Assembly: GCF_048593235.1 (NCBI RefSeq)
Contig: NC_133618.1
Coordinates: forward strand, 229,514,221 to 229,571,351
Length of the DNA stretch: 57,131 bases
Direction: 5' to 3'
Source of the DNA: Sminthopsis crassicaudata
Taxonomy: Eukaryota
A model generated the notes under the pieces. The model did not search any database. It had not been told where the DNA came from and was given only the letters and a program-made list of their open reading frames with translations. Every line of letters begins with the position of its first letter. The stretch's first letter is position 1. Positions 12,290 to 22,864 of this stretch are shown here, one piece after another. Made by a program: the position numbers and the translations under genes.

Positions 12290-12445
12290 TCTGAAATAGT
12301 GACTTTGTAAGCTTGTATAAATCATTGAACTTCTCAGTACCCCCTCAGAACTCTCTAAGATGATAAATTTCAAAGCAGGTGCTGGTCTGCATTGGTAAAG
12401 GGAGTTTCCTCACCAGGAATTCTCTATACCAATGAAATCACATTT
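12290..12445 (-). mobile_element. RTE-related marsupial SINE (WALLSI-type; family not verified)
   Basis: ggtgctggtctgcattggtaaagggagtttcctcacc...ctataccaatgaaatcac; weaker related copies near 10400-10640 and 35090-35165. Confidence 0.55.
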
Positions 12446-12954
12446 GGGGTAAAAAAAAAAAAAAAAAAAAAGAAATTTAAAAATGGGTCCTAGGAAGGAG
12501 CTATACACATAGACACACAGGAACACACAGAAATAGAGACAAATAGACAGAGACAGACAGACAGACAGAAAGGGAGAAAGTCATCATTTTTTATAATGGA
12601 ATGACTGTCTTCTCCTCTTTTCAAAATGATATCTCCACCTGTAGATTCAGTAGCTCAGGAAAGAGAGGGGAATAAGCATTTATATAGCACCTACTATATA
12701 TAGAGAGTGTGTGTGTATTCTGTTACAGGAAGTGTGAGAAGCACTCTACAAATATTATTTCATCTGATCCTGATATCAATCTTGTGAGATAGGTGCTATT
12801 CTTATTCCCATTTTACAATTGAGGGAACTGAGGCAGAGTCCAGGATCATATACCTAGGAAGTGTCTGAAGTTGAATTTGAGTTCAGGTCTTCCTGACCCC
12901 AGGATCAGGGGTCTCTCCACTAGGTGTCTAAGCTAAATAGGATGGTGCTAATAA

Positions 12955-13500
12955 CTTGTCTAATACCTATGGTACTTAATGGAGTGTTAGAGAGGACTAG
13001 CACCTGTGGTGTGAGGGCTTGCTGAGACATTTGGTTTCAACTGCCAACCAACTTTCACTTGTGGCTCCAAGATGCTATAGAATATGTAATGGTCACAACC
13101 TGGTAAACTAACTTGGCACTTGAGTTAAAAACACATTGAGGGTAAGCAATAAGTCTCAAACCCATTGGGGAGTTAGGGTATGTCTACCCCAAATGGGAAA
13201 ACTTTCCCTGGTAGAATGGGGGGCTGAAAACAATTTATTCCAATGGCCATGATTGAAAGAGAAGCTGTAGAGTGATTAGGTCTTGGTGAGACACCAAAGA
13301 TGCCAAGGCATTCCAGGTCACTTGCCAGGCACCTTGATTTTTGTCTTGTCACTCTATTCTGATGACTTTGGAAGAGAGAGTAAGGTTGATGACTTTGTGA
13401 AACTCTGCCTCAATTAAATCTGGCTCACAAAAAGAGTCAAGGTGTCTCCCTCCCCAATGATGTCATAGAACCTCTTCACAGGACAAGTAACAACAACTGA
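12955..13500 (+). mobile_element. RTE-derived SINE/non-autonomous RTE (WALLSI/RTESINE-type)
   Basis: RTE 5'-like body; 3' end gatgtcat...ggacaagtaacaacaac typical of RTE-mobilised elements. Confidence 0.6.
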
Positions 13501-13927
13501 GAACAGATAAAAGGGGAAAAAAAAGTTGGATTCTCACAGTTGGCACCTAAGGAGAACCTCCCCATCCTCCCTTTAAGATCTGATGATAATGAGTTGGATG
13601 ACACAAAAAAAGGCCCCTTGGGAGTGTCCCTCTGGCTTTCCTTCTGTCCTTTACAGTGCCCCTTTCTCTCCCTCCTCTGACCTCAGGTTCTTTTTTACCC
13701 ATGCCATTCCAGAAGTCTACAATAACCTCTCACTTTACATCTGCCAAATTTATCTCTAGCTTGAAGCTCTCCCTCTCTCTCCAGTCCTGAATTTGGTGCT
13801 GTCTGTGGAGATGTTCCACATAGGCATAAAGCTGCCACTTAAAGCTGAAGTTTAAAAATAGAAGTCTATTCTCTCTGCCAGTGATAATATCATCTGTCCT
13901 GTCCCCAGGCTAACCATCTTAAAAGTT

Positions 13928-14188
13928 GTTTCTCTCTGTGTCTGTCTTTCTCTCTCCACCCCCTCTCCTGTCTATATCTGTATCTGTCTCTCCTGTCTGC
14001 CTGCTTGTCTTTGCCTCTCTGCTCTCTGAATCTGTCTCTCTCTCTTTTTTGTCATCTCTGTGGATATTTCTGTCTCCATCTTTCTCCCTCACTCTATTCC
14101 TCTCTCTTTCTGTCTCTCTGTTTTTCTGTCTCTTTCATTCCTTTTTGTGTCTCTCTCTTCTCTTTCCCTCTATCTCTGTCTCTCTCTC
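13928..14188. repeat. CT-rich low-complexity tract
   Basis: Degenerate (CT)/(CTGT) repeats over about 260 bp. Confidence 0.85.
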
Positions 14189-14207
14189 ATTTTTATGTAC
14201 CATAAAC

Positions 14208-14746
14208 TGTAGTGTTCTGGTTGGTTTTCTGGGTTTCTGGACCAGCCTTCATTTCAGCAGAGTAATCACCATGAGAATAGCCAGGAATAAAGTCCAAATT
14301 CTTTATTATCTCCTTGCCTGGGACTCTGCTAGCTTTCTGGAGGTCCTTCAGACTGGCCTTGGTCTCAGTGGGGGAAGCAGGAGGACAGGCCAGCCACCAT
14401 GGTGTTGGGAGATGGAATGAATGTCTCTCCTTGGTTCCGAGAGCTTCAGCTGCAGACTCCAGTCCTCTTTTGTCTTCTTCCAGTCCACAGGCTTGTGCTC
14501 CAGCCTCCAGTCACCACAAAAGTGGGAGATGGAATGAATGTCTCTGGCTGAGTTTGTCCCAACTTATATACTCTATTATAATTATATTATCATAGGTGTG
14601 AATCTTGTAGAACTATATTAAGCATTAAGTACATGTACTGAACTAGAGAATTATTAATCACTATGCTAAACTAGATAACCATTGTCTTATCAATTCCTCT
14701 TAGTTAACACCTTGTAAGAATTTTTCCAGAATTCTGGCCCATTACA
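14208..14746 (-). mobile_element. Solo ERV LTR (copy A)
   Basis: Termini TGTAGTG...CATTACA; 6-bp flanks ataaac/acaaac; minus-strand TATATAAG (14563-14570) then AATAAA (14302-14307); 23-bp internal direct repeat at 14406 and 14523. Confidence 0.85.
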
Positions 14747-15689
14747 ACAAACCCTCTAGAGTCTTCTTCAATGATGCTTCCCAGAGGATCTATATTCAAT
14801 GTCACTAACATTTGGATATTTCTCATAATTTCTTCCTCATACTTCTACTCCAGTCAGCTCACAACATTTCAGTGGCTCTTGAAATCCAAGAGATAAATAT
14901 CAAGAAAATTAAAAGAAAAAATAGCATGTTGTTAATCAGGAATAAGGTTTCTATATTTGAATGACTGGATAGGATCTGTGACAACCTATACACACAAAGC
15001 TCCCTGGGAGCTGAGGACACATCTATTGTCACTTGAGTACTACATGGGAAGACAGAAGCCCTGGTGGACAATGATGTTTTTCCTGTCCCATTCATCTCCT
15101 TTCCTCAAGCTCAAGCTAGAGCAGGTTCTCTACCAGTTAAGAAGCCAAGGCATCTCCAGAGATCAATCCAGCATGTTGTCTTCATTTCAATTATCCTAAT
15201 AACAAAACAAGAATGTAAGAAGATTAAAAAAAATGATCGCTATTAGAATAGTCATTGACACCTGGGATAGAAAGAGTCTGTATCCCTCCTTTAATAATAA
15301 TAATAATTAGGAAACTAGAGAAAACTAGGTGGCAGAATGGTCAGGAGAACCATAGTTCAAATTCAGCCTCAGACACTTCCTAGGTGTGTGATTCTGGGCA
15401 AGCCACTTAACTGATTGACTTAAAAAAAAAAAAAAAAAAGACTAGCTAGCATTTAAATGGAGTTTAATGGTTTAAAAAGCACTTTATAAATGTTACCTCA
15501 TTTGCATCATATTATATCAACTGTAGATGCTATTATTATCCCTATTTGACAAATGAGGAAATTGAGAGTAAAAGAAGTTAGATGACTTGGCCAGATTTAT
15601 ATAGCTAAAAAAATGTCTGAGGAAGGATTTGAACTGAGGACTCCCTAATTCCAACTTCAACATTCTTTCCATCATAACAATTTGGGGAG

Positions 15690-15958
15690 CCAGCTTATTA
15701 ACTTAATCACTGAATGGGTACTGCCTCAGTCAGACTTGGTGAAGACCTCAACTTAAAATGACCAAGGTCTCCCATTGCATCCAGGGCCTCTCCAGTTGTT
15801 CTATCTATATTTGGCCACTGGACCCTGATGGCTTTGGAGAGTAAAGTGAGGCAGGTGACCTTGTCCAGCCCTCCCTCACTTAAATCCAACTCACTTGCAT
15901 GTCATAGCATCTCCTCCCTGATGACACATCCTCTTTGGAAATAAAGGACAAATAACAT
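15690..15958 (+). mobile_element. RTE-related SINE (WALLSI3-like; name not verified)
   Basis: ttaatcactgaatggg...ccaaggtctcccattgcatccagggcc...cacttaaatccaactcacttgcatgtcat...ggacaaataaca. Confidence 0.65.
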
Positions 15959-16387
15959 TGTTAGTAGCTGGCTTGAGGGCCAGTATTGAGGAGGCCAGGG
16001 TCTCGGAAAAGATAGCAATTATCTAACTGGCAAAAGAATAGAAAATCAGGGCCTTTCTCTACCCTATGCCTGCTGGAGAAACCTCATCTCTACCTGATCT
16101 TTCTCTTTGGGTTTCTTCACCTACTCAAAGAGAAGAGGAGAAACAAAAAGAGTTGGGGAAATTCACAGGAGAAGGAGAAGGGACTATATCATGTGCTTCT
16201 AGTAAATTGAAACACTGAATTCTGCCAGGTAATCTCCAGAATCTTCCTAAAACAATTCAGATGGAAACGATTCAGGTTCCTGGCATAGCACTGATTCACT
16301 GTCCAGGTTTCACAGACATATAACAATGAAGTCAGCACTCCGTAGACCTTCAGTTCAGTAGTCAGTTTATTATCTCTCCTCTCCTAC

Positions 16388-16493
16388 ACTTTCCTTTGGA
16401 GTCTCCCAAACACTGTGCTAGCTCTGTATCAATCTCATTATCCATGTGGACATCCCTGGAAAGTATATTGCCAAGGTAAATGAACTTTTCCAC
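16388..16493 (-). mobile_element. RTE/BovB-like LINE coding remnant
   Basis: Minus strand reads VEKFIYLGNILSRDVHMDNEIDT..., matching the RTE C-terminal motif F(T/I)YLGS.LSRDVH.D.E. Confidence 0.75.
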
Positions 16494-16569
16494 AGTATTA
16501 TGCATAACATTTTTCCTAGTTGTTTTGGTTTCATTCCATTTTTATAAGACATGCCCTTTTAAATACAAT

Positions 16570-16810
16570 TAGTATGTGGCCTAGTGCTGCCATGAATTTA
16601 ACACTGGGTCTGGAGTCAGGAAGACCAGAGTTCAAATTTGATCTAAAATTTGTACTAACTGTGTGACCTGGGGAAGTCACTTAATCCTATTTGCCTCAGT
16701 TTCCCCATCTGTAAAATGAGCTGGACAAGGAAATGCAATCTACTGCAGTAACTTTGCCAAGAAAACCTCAGATGAGGCCCTGAGGATTCAGACATGACTG
16801 AACAACAACA
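16570..16810 (+). mobile_element. MAR1-type SINE
   Basis: ctggagtcaggaagaccagagttcaaat...ctgtaaaatgagctggacaaggaaatg...gacatgactgaacaacaac. Confidence 0.75.
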
Positions 16811-18019
16811 GCCATGGTAGGGGATTGTGACCAATGCTTGATCCTTTTTGAATTGCCAGGCCCCAGATGATGTGACTGTTACTAAAGCACTCCTCCCTTT
16901 ACTGTTACTTCTCATTTCTTACCTGTCTCATCCAGGAGTACCAGTTATTCACTCTCATTGGTCCTTCCCCACCTACTTGTCATGTCCTTCCTTCTTCAGG
17001 TGCTGTCAACAAACCCTTTATAGGTTATAATCTTTGTGGTATTTTCTTGGCACACGGTGTCCAGGCATCACCATGGAGATGCAGGGGATGCGTGCCTGTG
17101 GCTGTAGGTAGAGATTTCTCATGTTCCTGCCTTAATTTTTTCAGTTTTACCTGCTAAGGAACTTGTGAGAAAAAGAAGCAGGTTGTCAAGAAGAGCCAGG
17201 GAGACCGAAGAGGTAAGCAAAGAGAGGTATTGAGATGCCATGTGTTGTCAAAGAGAGTACTGAGAAGCGGGGGGAGTAAATTGGAGTAGTGTGGGTGCTA
17301 CAAAGTACTCCAGAACAGAAACTGTTCTGAAGAAGCCATGAAGCTTTAGAGATTTGTATCTTTCATTTCCTTCTCTTGCAAAGTTTGTTACACAGTAGGT
17401 CATTAGTTACTTTGAATTTTTACTTTCCCCTACTTGAGAAGGATCTTTGTTGCTATTCAGGCATCTGGCATGCCTGGTGTTTTCCCGAATGGTCTGTTTC
17501 AACTTGAATTAGTCTACAAAAAGTCAGGTTCCACCTTGAGGGGGGAGGGGGAGGGGGAATTGGATTGGCTTTTGTGCTTACATTATCTTTTTATTTGTTA
17601 GCTAATTTTTGCTATTTCCTTTTCCAGCTCATTTTACAAATAAGGAAACTGAGGCAAACAGATTGAATTGACTTGCCCAGAGTCACACAGCTGGGAAGTG
17701 TCTGAGGCTGGATTTGAACTCACAAAACCGAGTCATCCCCGGCACTCTATCCAACCCCCTACCTGCTCACAAGAGCGGTTCGCTTTTATCAGTCTACTTT
17801 ATTTCAAAGTCTGTGGATATGATAAGGCTGCACAATAGGTTTGTGAAACTCTTCTTGCCCTGGTGTGGATGCTCTTCTTAAGTGGGACGAAGGGGAATCT
17901 CAGAGGAGAGCTGGACTACTTTGTTGCCAGGGACTGCTGGTTAAAGGCTCCTATCTGACAAAGAAAAAGCACCGCTCTAAAAATAGAACATCCGAGAGCA
18001 GAGAAAGGATTAGGCACAC

Positions 18020-19730
18020 AACACGCACGCGCGAACTAGCTGCTTGGACGTGAGTACAAACGAAGCATCTGCCTTTAATCTCTGTTCGGATTAATCTTTT
18101 TGGGAGCCACCAGGGGAAGAGTAAGTCCTGGGGAAGCCCCCCCACCCAAGGTGTCACCAAGTCTTCCTCCGTACGGACGCCGCAGTTACACTGGCCGGCA
18201 ATTTGGTTGTTGCACTTAGGGTTCATCAGGATTCTAAAAGGCAACGAAACCACGGTCAGCCCGAATCTGTCCTCCGCTGCTCACCTGCTTTGTGGCCCCG
18301 CCTCAGAATTCTCATCTGGAGGGCTGGGCCGGGATGGGTGAGCAACAAAGTCCTCCTAAGAGGACTGGATTGGGAAACCGCGCTGGGGCTGCAAAGGAAA
18401 GGGGGCGGGGAAAGACAATTTTTGCCTTTAGAAAGCTTTCAGCTGTGGACGGGACTGCTGCCTTGTGCGAGGAGACGGGGATGGGGCTCGCTGTGCTCTC
18501 CTGACTTAGTTCAGCAGGCCTGCGCCCAAATGGACCCGGAGGACCCCTGGAGAAAACCCTGGTCACACCTGCCATCTGTCAGTCATCACTTATTGGGAAG
18601 AGGGGGGAGTGTGAAACCCTTTTTTCGGTATTTCTGTGAATAAACATCAAAGTTCTTAACACCTGAAAATAATTCACGCAGGCTCACTTGGAAAGGAGAA
18701 AAATTCCTAGTTCTTAAGGCGCAATGCGCGCGTAAATTTCGGGGAAATCCGACTTGCAAAGACACCGTCTTCCCGGACACGGGGGACAGCCCAACGCTTG
18801 CGAGTGTGCAGATTCTCAAATCAAGAATCAGCCCCCGCCAAGGCTCTGTACTTGGGGGGTTCGGGCGGAGAAGCGAAGGGGCCCGAGGCCGGGGGGCGGA
18901 GCTGAGGCCCTGGCGGGCAAAGTACCCACTTTCAGCCTTGAGGACTGAGAAGGGGGCAGGGCTTCGTCCCGAGGCGGGTGGAGGCGTGGCCATAGCAGTA
19001 TCTCTCCAATCGGGGAAGGAGGCGGGGCTACAGCCTCCGGTTCCGGGGCGGAGCGTGGCTTGGCGGGTGGTGAGCAGCCAGAGGCGGGCCCGGCGCGCGC
19101 GGGTAAGTGAGTGGTTCCGGCGTAGGCCGCTGGTAGTTCTGTGGGGTACAGCCTAGCCCGACCCGGCCCGTGGGCTCTGCGGCTTCTGGAGTCTGCGGAG
19201 CCGAGCCGGCGCGCGCCGGTAGCTGACCCGGCCCAGCTAGGCCGGGGATGAGGCGGGGAGGCCGCGCGAGCGCAGCCGGTTCAGGACCGGGGCGAGGTCG
19301 GGGTGGGACCGGGGAGACCCGTAAGCGTCTCGATGTGGCTCATCACTCATGTAGCGCTTCTAGATTTGCAAAAAAAGTAACGTCTCCAAGGCGAATGAAA
19401 CTAGTAACACAAAAATCGTAATTGCAGAGCCAGAGGGGTCCTTAGGTTTCTCCGAGCCTACCTCGTTTTACCCCAAATGATGCGCCCGAGATAACGGTCA
19501 GTGACAATCGGAACTCAGGCTCCCTCCGTTACTAAACAGTGTCCGGGGCCGAATTCTTCCTGACCAAAGTCTGATGCCTTTTCTGCTCGACCGCCCTGCG
19601 CCTCAGAGTCCACAGCTCTGACCCTAACCAGTTGTGCGCGCTTGAGCCAATTGCTGAAGCCTCTCTGAGCCTCAGCTTACTCCTCTGAGAGAACACCTCC
19701 CGCTCTGCATCTTGACTCCCTCAGCGCCTA
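18020..19730. promoter_or_regulatory. POLD2 CpG-island promoter
   Basis: Dense CpG/GC tract; GC boxes (GGGGCGGAG at about 19045 and 18893), CCAAT at 19006-19010, E2F-like TTGGCGGG near 19060. Confidence 0.88.
19040..19102 (+). other. POLD2: POLD2 non-coding exon 1 (5' end approximate)
   Basis: Strong donor CGG|GTAAGT at 19103 just downstream of the CCAAT/GC boxes; TSS not determinable from sequence. Confidence 0.65.
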
Positions 19731-19844
19731 AATGAAGTTGGGCTGTAGCGTTATGAGAATCTTTCTTGTTCTTAAATCTATTTCTCTTCTTACTCCCAAC
19801 CTACACTAGGGAAGCCAAAATGCTCAATAGCAGGGAAATTTCTT

Positions 19845-20598
19845 TTTCTTCCTTCCTTCCTTTCTTTCTTTCTTTCTTTTTTTTTTTTTTTTTGGATATT
19901 TATTTAATTTACAAAAAAATTTATGCATGGGTAATTTTTCAACATTGACAATTGCCAAACTTTTTGTTCCAACTTTTCCCCTCCTTCCCTCCACCTCCCC
20001 CCATATGGCAGGTTGACCAATACATGTTAAATATGTTAGAGTATAAATTAAATACAATATATGAATACATGTCCAAACAGTTGTTTTGCTGTACAAAAAG
20101 AATTGGACTTTGAGATAGTGTACATTTAGCCTGTGAAGGAAAAAAAAAATGCAGGCGGACCAAAATAGAGGGATTGGGAATTCTATGTAATGGTTCATAG
20201 TCAACTCCCAGAGTTCTTTCTCTGGGTGTAGCTGGTTCAGTTCATTACTGCTCTATTGGAACTGATTTGGTTCATCTCATTATTGGAGAGGGCCATGTCC
20301 ATCAGAATTGATCATCATATAGTATTGTTATTGACGTATACAACGATCTCCTGGTCCTGCTCATTTCACTCAGCATCAGTTCATGTAAGTCTGGCCTTTC
20401 TGAAATCATCCTGCTGGTCATTTCTTACAGAACAATAATATTCCATAAAATTCATATACCATAATTTATTCAGCCATTCTCCAACTGATGGGCATCCACT
20501 CAGTTTCCAGTTTCTGGCCACTACAAAGAGGGCTGCCACAAACATTCTTGCACATACAGGTCCCTTTCCCTTCTTTAAGATCTCTTTGGGATATAAGC
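19845..20598 (-). mobile_element. Young 5'-truncated L1 with perfect 14-bp TSD in POLD2 intron 1
   Basis: TSD cagggaaatttctt at 19831-19844 and 20599-20612; poly-T/(TTTC)n tail; target TT/AAGA resembles the L1 endonuclease consensus. Confidence 0.92.
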
Positions 20599-21464
20599 CA
20601 GGGAAATTTCTTAATGCCAGACCTGGATTCTCATCCCCTGGTTAAAATCACAACTTTGTGCCAGAGATGTGGCATCTGTGCATCTGTAAAGTAGAAATGA
20701 CGATATAGCATAGATTTAAAGCTGGAAGGTCATCTAGTCCAACCCCTTCATGTTACAAATTTTACATACTGAGACCCAGAGAGGAGTTACCTAACTTGCA
20801 ATGAATAGTGATTAGCATAGCTAGAATTTAAACTCAGATTCTCTTGACTCCAAACATAATACTCTTTCTACTGTATCTCTTTTCCTCTTGGTGGTTGAGA
20901 AGTAAGTGCTTTGTGAATTTTAAAGCAATATAAAAAAATCTATGTATATAAAGGTATATCACACATATGGCTATATGCCAGTGTCTGAATCAGTATGCAG
21001 TTTAGTTCTACCTTAGAGCTTAGATCAGGGTTGAAAGGCTAGGCTGTCACTGATTAATATTCTGGAAAGTAAGGATAGTTTTTGAATCCCAGGTCTTAGC
21101 ACTGACTTAGCTACATGACCTTGAGGCAGTCACTTTATCTGTGTTTCCTTATCAATAAAATGAGAAGATTGAACTAGATAATTTCTGAGGTCCCTTCCAG
21201 CTCTAAATAGCTGTTTTATGACCATACACACATCACTTAGTTTTGCTGGGCACTAGTTTCCTAATTTAGAATAAGGAACGTGCTTTAAAAACCTTATAAG
21301 CTTTTGTAAATGTTTTATTATTATACTAAATTACATTACTCATTTTTTTGGGGGGGGATTGATTAAAGATAAAAATGACAACACTTTGGATTGGATTTAA
21401 ATTCTTGAACTCTTTGCCATAACTCCACAGCTAAAGTCCATTAATTGATCAGAATAGAATAGAG

Positions 21465-21597
21465 TTATGAAATGATCCAACCACTCTGGAAAGCAATTTG
21501 GGACTATGCCCAAAGGGCTCTAAAACTCTGCATGGCCTTTGACCCAGCTGTGCCATTCCTGGGTCAGTATCCCAAGGAAATCATAAAGGGGGGAAAT
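21465..21597 (+). mobile_element. L1 ORF2 fragment
   Basis: Translates IQPLWKAIWDYAQRALKLCMAFDPAVPFLGQYPKEII (L1 ORF2 C-terminal region). Confidence 0.85.
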
Positions 21598-22644
21598 GTT
21601 AATTTTGTTAGTTTGCATCTTTACTCATATCCATTTCTAACTTCACCAGCCTATGTCTACCACTTCCTTTGGGACTTGGCTCAAAATCTAGTTCCTTCAA
21701 AATTATTCCATTCTGAATAAAATAAATAAACTTATTACAAAAAAGAACATGAGGGAGCTTTAGAAATATCTGGTCTAAGTCCTTTATTTTATAGGGGGTT
21801 TTATTTTATAGATGAGGATACTGAGTCCCAAAAAGATTAAGTCATTTCCCCAATGTCATAATTTATTAAGAAGCTTACCACATGGGGAACTAAATCTCAA
21901 GTCTCCTGGTTTCCAGTCTATTTCTCTTTCCAGGAATATATGTGATTATAATTAATGCCATTATTTTTGTAAACTTGCATTGAACCATGTTGAATCAAGT
22001 TGGGAAATAAAAAAGCTCTTGGCCCTGATTTTTCCTTTCTCCTTCCTCAACTGACAACAGAGGCAGACATAGGTGTCTTTATTGAATGACTGTTTTCATT
22101 TTTTTTTCATTAACACTCAATTCAGACAACTAGGTCAGACAACAATGTGTGGAGTAGTGATGTGACCCTGGGCAAGTTTCAGTTTCTTCATCTGTAAACT
22201 GAGGAAAATAATAGCACTTACTTCCCAAGGTTTTTGTGAGTATCAAATGAGATCATTGTAAAATACATTGCATTATGTAAATGCTAGCCATTATTATTAA
22301 TTCATTTAATAATATTTATTTAATTGATGTGATATTTATTTAATTGAATTTAAACACATACTAAGTGTAGTGTACTGTCCTAAATGCTATAGTAGATACA
22401 AATGAAAAAGAATGGTCTCTAACTTCAAGAAATTGATAATCTTGCCACATGTATTTTACCCAATTTTAAGCTGGTTTTTCTTAGAAGTGAACCTGTCTTT
22501 TTACCTCTTGTGTGCTTCCTTGAAACTGTGTATTAAATGAGGCTAATAGTTTGTAGATAGTGGAGGCTTTTTAAAAATATACAGTAACCAATTTCTCCTT
22601 TATTTAGGTGGAGTGTTCCTAAGACGAAAATTGATTCTAGGACC

Positions 22645-22864
22645 ATGTTTTCAGAGCAAGCTTCAAAGAGGGCTCACACACTTTTGAATCCACCATCGAC
22701 TGAGTCTTCCACCTTTGCTCGAGTACCTGTGACGACTTATACTAACTCTTCTCAACCTTTTCGTCTGGGGGAGAGAAGCTTTAGCCGACAGTATGCCCAC
22801 ATCTATGCTACTCGCCTTATTCATATGACACCTCTCTTGGTGAACCGGGCTCGGCAGCGTTGGA
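22645..22864 (+). CDS. POLD2: POLD2 coding exon 1
   Basis: gaccATGT...TGGA|gtgagt; MFSEQ...RQRW. Confidence 0.96.

Noticed and set aside
13926-14420. 164-aa hydrophobic ORF
   Set aside because: Translation of the CT-rich repeat running into the LTR
17540-17557. G6-A-G5-A-G5 possible G-quadruplex
   Set aside because: Only three long tracts, and it resembles an L1 3' UTR remnant
18203-19156. Multiple 64-146 aa ORFs in the POLD2 CpG island
   Set aside because: Expected from stop-codon scarcity at high GC; no recognisable protein (only the 87-codon ATG ORF is noted, as part of the divergent transcript model)
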